From the NCBI GenBank assembly GCA_963754315.1, contig CAVWFS010000007.1:800001-864000 (forward strand): a stretch of DNA of 64,000 nt, given 5' to 3'. The translations under genes and the position numbers were made by a program. This DNA comes from an uncultured Candidatus Rokubacteria bacterium (GTDB lineage Bacteria > Methylomirabilota > Methylomirabilia > Rokubacteriales > CSP1-6). This document shows positions 61,321 through 64,000 of this stretch, piece by piece (within the stretch, counting starts at the first letter, position 1; each line of letters starts with the position of its first letter). The notes below the pieces were generated by a model. That model was not told the origin of the DNA, made no database searches, and saw nothing but the letters and a program-made list of their open reading frames with translations.

Positions 61321-62667
61321 TGTGCCAACGATGGTGAGAGAGCGACCTCTTCCCAATTACTGTAGAGGGCAGAGAGAAGGGTTCGGCCATGGCGAGCGAG
61401 AAGAAAGCGAAGGCTCGACGGCGGCCGAGAGCCGCCCGCCCAGAAGGGAGAGCCTGACACGCCGAGCCCTGCGATGGTGAGCGGCGTGCCGGCGCCGCTG
61501 CGGGTGGTGCGCGGCGGCGCTCGGACACCGAAGTGCGCGAGCGAGCGGCGCGGCGACGGTTCACCGCCGAGTACAAGCTGCAGATGCTCCGGGAAGCGGA
61601 CCAGTGTGAGGGGGCAGGCGAGCTCGGCGCGCTCCTGCGGCGAGAGGGCCTGTACTCCTCGCACCTGACGAACTGGCGGCGCCAGCGGGACCATGTGGCG
61701 CTGGTCGCCCTCGCCCGCAGAAGCGTGGTCGCCCGCTGGCGCCAGCCTCGCCGCTGGCGCGCCGCGTGGCCGAGCTGGAGCGCGATAACGCCCGCTTGGA
61801 GCGCCGGCTCCAGCAAGCGGAGGCCATCATCGACGCCCAAAAAAAGTTGGCCGAGTCTTGGGATTCTCCATGTCGGAGACCTCGGCCGCCGGGAGCACGT
61901 CTTGAGCGTCGTCGACGAGCTGGCGGCGCACGTGGGGTGGCGCCAGCGTGTCGCGCGCTGGGGGTCAGTCGAGCCTCCGTCTACGGAATCGCCGGCCGCC
62001 CGCCCGCCGGCGGCCCGCCCCGCCGCCGCGTGCTCTGAGCACCGCGGAGCGCAGACCGTGCTGGCGCTCTTGCACAGTCCTCGCTTCGTCGACAGGGCTC
62101 CGCGCGAGGTCTACGCCACGCTGCTCGACGAGGATCACTATCTCTGCTCTCCGCGCACGATGTACCGCTGCTGGCCGCCGCCCACGAAGTCCGCGAGCGG
62201 CGCGACCAGATCCGCCACGTGCCCCACGGCCCGAGCTGCTGGCCACCGGACCCAACGAAGTGTGGTCGTGGGACATCACCAAGCTGCTGGGGCCGGCCAA
62301 GTGGACCTACTACTACCTGTACGTGATCCTGGACATCTTCAGTCGCTACGTCGTCGGCTGGATGCTGGCGCACGCCGAGAGGGCCCGCCTGGCCGAGCGG
62401 CTGATCGCCGCGACGTGTGCGACCCAGGGCATCCGGCCGGGGCAGCTGACCGTGCACGCCGATCGCGGCAGCTCGATGACCTCGAAGCCGGTGGCGCTGC
62501 TGTTGGCCGATCTCGGGATCACCCGGACCCACAGCCGGCCGCATGTCTCCAATGACAACCCGTTGTCGGAGGCGCAGTTCAAGACCCTCAAGTCCCGGCC
62601 CGAGTTCCCGGAGCGCTTTGCCAGCGCGGAGGCGGCCCGCAGCTTCTGCCACCCCTTCTTCCCCTGG
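61321..62667 (+). mobile_element. IS3-family insertion sequence, 3' part interrupted
   Basis: Candidate left end TGTGCCAACGATGG, orfA/orfB layout, slippery A7G at 61839-61846. Confidence 0.85.
61389..62667 (+). pseudogene. IS3 transposase orfA/orfB, frameshifted and truncated
   Basis: RRRFTAEYKL..LLRREGLYSSHL..WR; WSWDITKL, DIFSRYVVGW, HADRGS, SRPHVSNDNPLSEAQFKTLK; stops at FFPW, before the conserved YN. Confidence 0.88.
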
Positions 62668-62748
62668 TCACGATATGCGGGTGATCTAGCGCTCCCCTGT
62701 TAGGGTGGGCGAGAGCGTCAGGTCAACACCACCGCTGGAGGTGGGCCC

Positions 62749-63785
62749 GTGGGGTTCGTGCCGTGTCTGGTGCACTCGGCCGAGGCGGCTGGTGGCGACC
62801 AGATCCGCCTCGGTCACCCCCTCCTCGACGCGTTCCTGGAGTTCGTCGCGGGCCGCGCTCGGTGGAACACAGTGCTGGCCGCCGCGTTCGATCTGAAGGT
62901 GTTCTTCTCGATCATCGACAGGGACCCGGCCGCGGTGACGCCGGCCGACGTGCTGGCCTTCATCCAAGCGCCAGCGCGCGCCTCGGCGTGGCGCGACGGT
63001 CGTGCGGATCGAGGACGGGGAGCCAGGCTTGGCGGCGCGCACCATCAAGCGCCGGCTGGCCACGATCGCGGGGCTCTATGAGTATCTGATGGTGCGGGGC
63101 GACACCGGGGTGATCCGCAATCCCGTGCCGCGCGGCCTGGCCCTGCGCCGCCCCGGCCAACGGGCCGTGCGAGGCGTGCCGCTCATCCGCGCCCCGCGTA
63201 CCCTGCCGCGCGTGATTAACCCGGACGAGGTCGACGCGTTGATGGCCGCGCTCCGCACGCGGCGCGACCGGGCCATGGTCGAGGCGATGCTGCTGGGTGG
63301 GCTCCGTCGCTGCGAGGTCGTCGGATTGCGCCTGGAGGACCTCCGCCCCGGGGATAAGCGCGTGTTCATCGCCGAGGGAAAGGGCGGGCACCAGCGGATT
63401 GTGCCCCTCTCGAGCCGCTTCTTCCTCAGCGTCGCGGCCTACCTCGAGATCGAGCGACCACATCCCTCGTCAACGGACCGCGTGTTCGTCGTGTTGAAGG
63501 GACCGCGCCGCGGTCAGCCGCTGACCGCGGCCGGGGTGGACGAGATCGTCACCGGCGCCCGCACCCGGGCCGGGCTGGCGCGACTCACCTGCCACCAGCT
63601 CCGCCACACCTGCTTCACGCGGCTCCGCGAAGCGGGCATGGCCCTGGAGGCCATCCAGGCCCAGGCCGGGCATCGGTCGATCGAGTCGACCCGGATCTAT
63701 CTGCACCTCGCCAACGACTGGCTGGCCGGGGAGTATCGCCGAGCCGTCGGAAGCGATCGATGCCCAGGCGGCGCCGAACGCGTGA
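62749..63785 (+). CDS. Tyrosine recombinase (frameshifts near 62970 and 63750)
   Basis: LGHPLLDAFLEFV..; catalytic residues in GLRRCE, GKGG, HQLRH, AGH, TRIY. Confidence 0.88.
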
Positions 63786-64000
63786 TGCCCGCCCCGCTCC
63801 GCCTGGCCGAGGGCCAGATGCGACCAAGTCGACCGGTTCGTGGTGGCCCTCCACGCGGCCGGGCTGCACCCCATGGCGCAGCACCACGCAAGCGGCCCGG
63901 ACCTTCTGTGGGCGGCTCCAGCGGGCGGGCGGCTGGGCGCAGCTGTCACGCGCCCGGCAGCTCGAGGCCACCAGGAAGGCGCCGACATTCGCCGCCTGGC
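63785..64000 (+). CDS. N-terminus of a second gene of the element, probably a second recombinase (partial, frameshifted)
   Basis: TGATG overlap with the upstream stop; fragments AARTFCGRLQRAGGWAQLSRARQLEA. Confidence 0.5.
   Translation, partial: MPAPLRLAEGQMRPSRPVRGGPPRGRAAPHGAAPRKRPGPSVGGSSGRAAGRSCHAPGSSRPPGRRRHSPPG

Larger units (their letters stand above)
62668..64000 (+). mobile_element. Tandem tyrosine-recombinase element (RIT/Tn554-like), runs off the window
   Basis: Starts where IS3 orfB similarity stops and carries two coupled ORFs. Confidence 0.65.

Overview
High-GC bacterial chromosome segment. Gene style (many luciferase-like monooxygenases, SDRs, an amidohydrolase, MmgE/PrpD, ABC and TAXI binding proteins) suggests Candidatus Rokubacteria/Methylomirabilota or a similar soil lineage; this is inference only. 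1-7.3 kb: uncharacterised redox operon (double cNMP-binding + multi-[4Fe-4S] protein, His-bearing membrane protein, decaheme cytochrome c, secreted DUF4214 + tandem GlcG/HbpS protein, JmjC oxygenase). 7.4-20 kb: ald, sahR-ahcY with tandem operators, TAXI protein, ABC transporter, internally deleted MmgE/PrpD. 19.9-26 kb: a Rho lacking its RNA-binding domain, divergent from a DUF2868 / GTPase / deoxyribohydrolase-TPR-SLOG operon (candidate immune or conflict system). 26-54 kb: oxidoreductases, dinB, a cell-wall cluster (PBP1B, RlpA, M23, OmpA) with sigma54-type promoters, aroA, transporters, core MetE-like enzyme, CopA, ECF sigma. 54.3-64 kb: serine-integrase element with primase fragments, about 2.8 kb of probably artefactual low-quality sequence, and an IS3 interrupted by a tandem tyrosine-recombinase element. 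Frameshifts cluster at both window ends and look like long-read errors. No rRNA, tRNA or CRISPR array was seen. All family assignments are by motif recognition; no searches were run.
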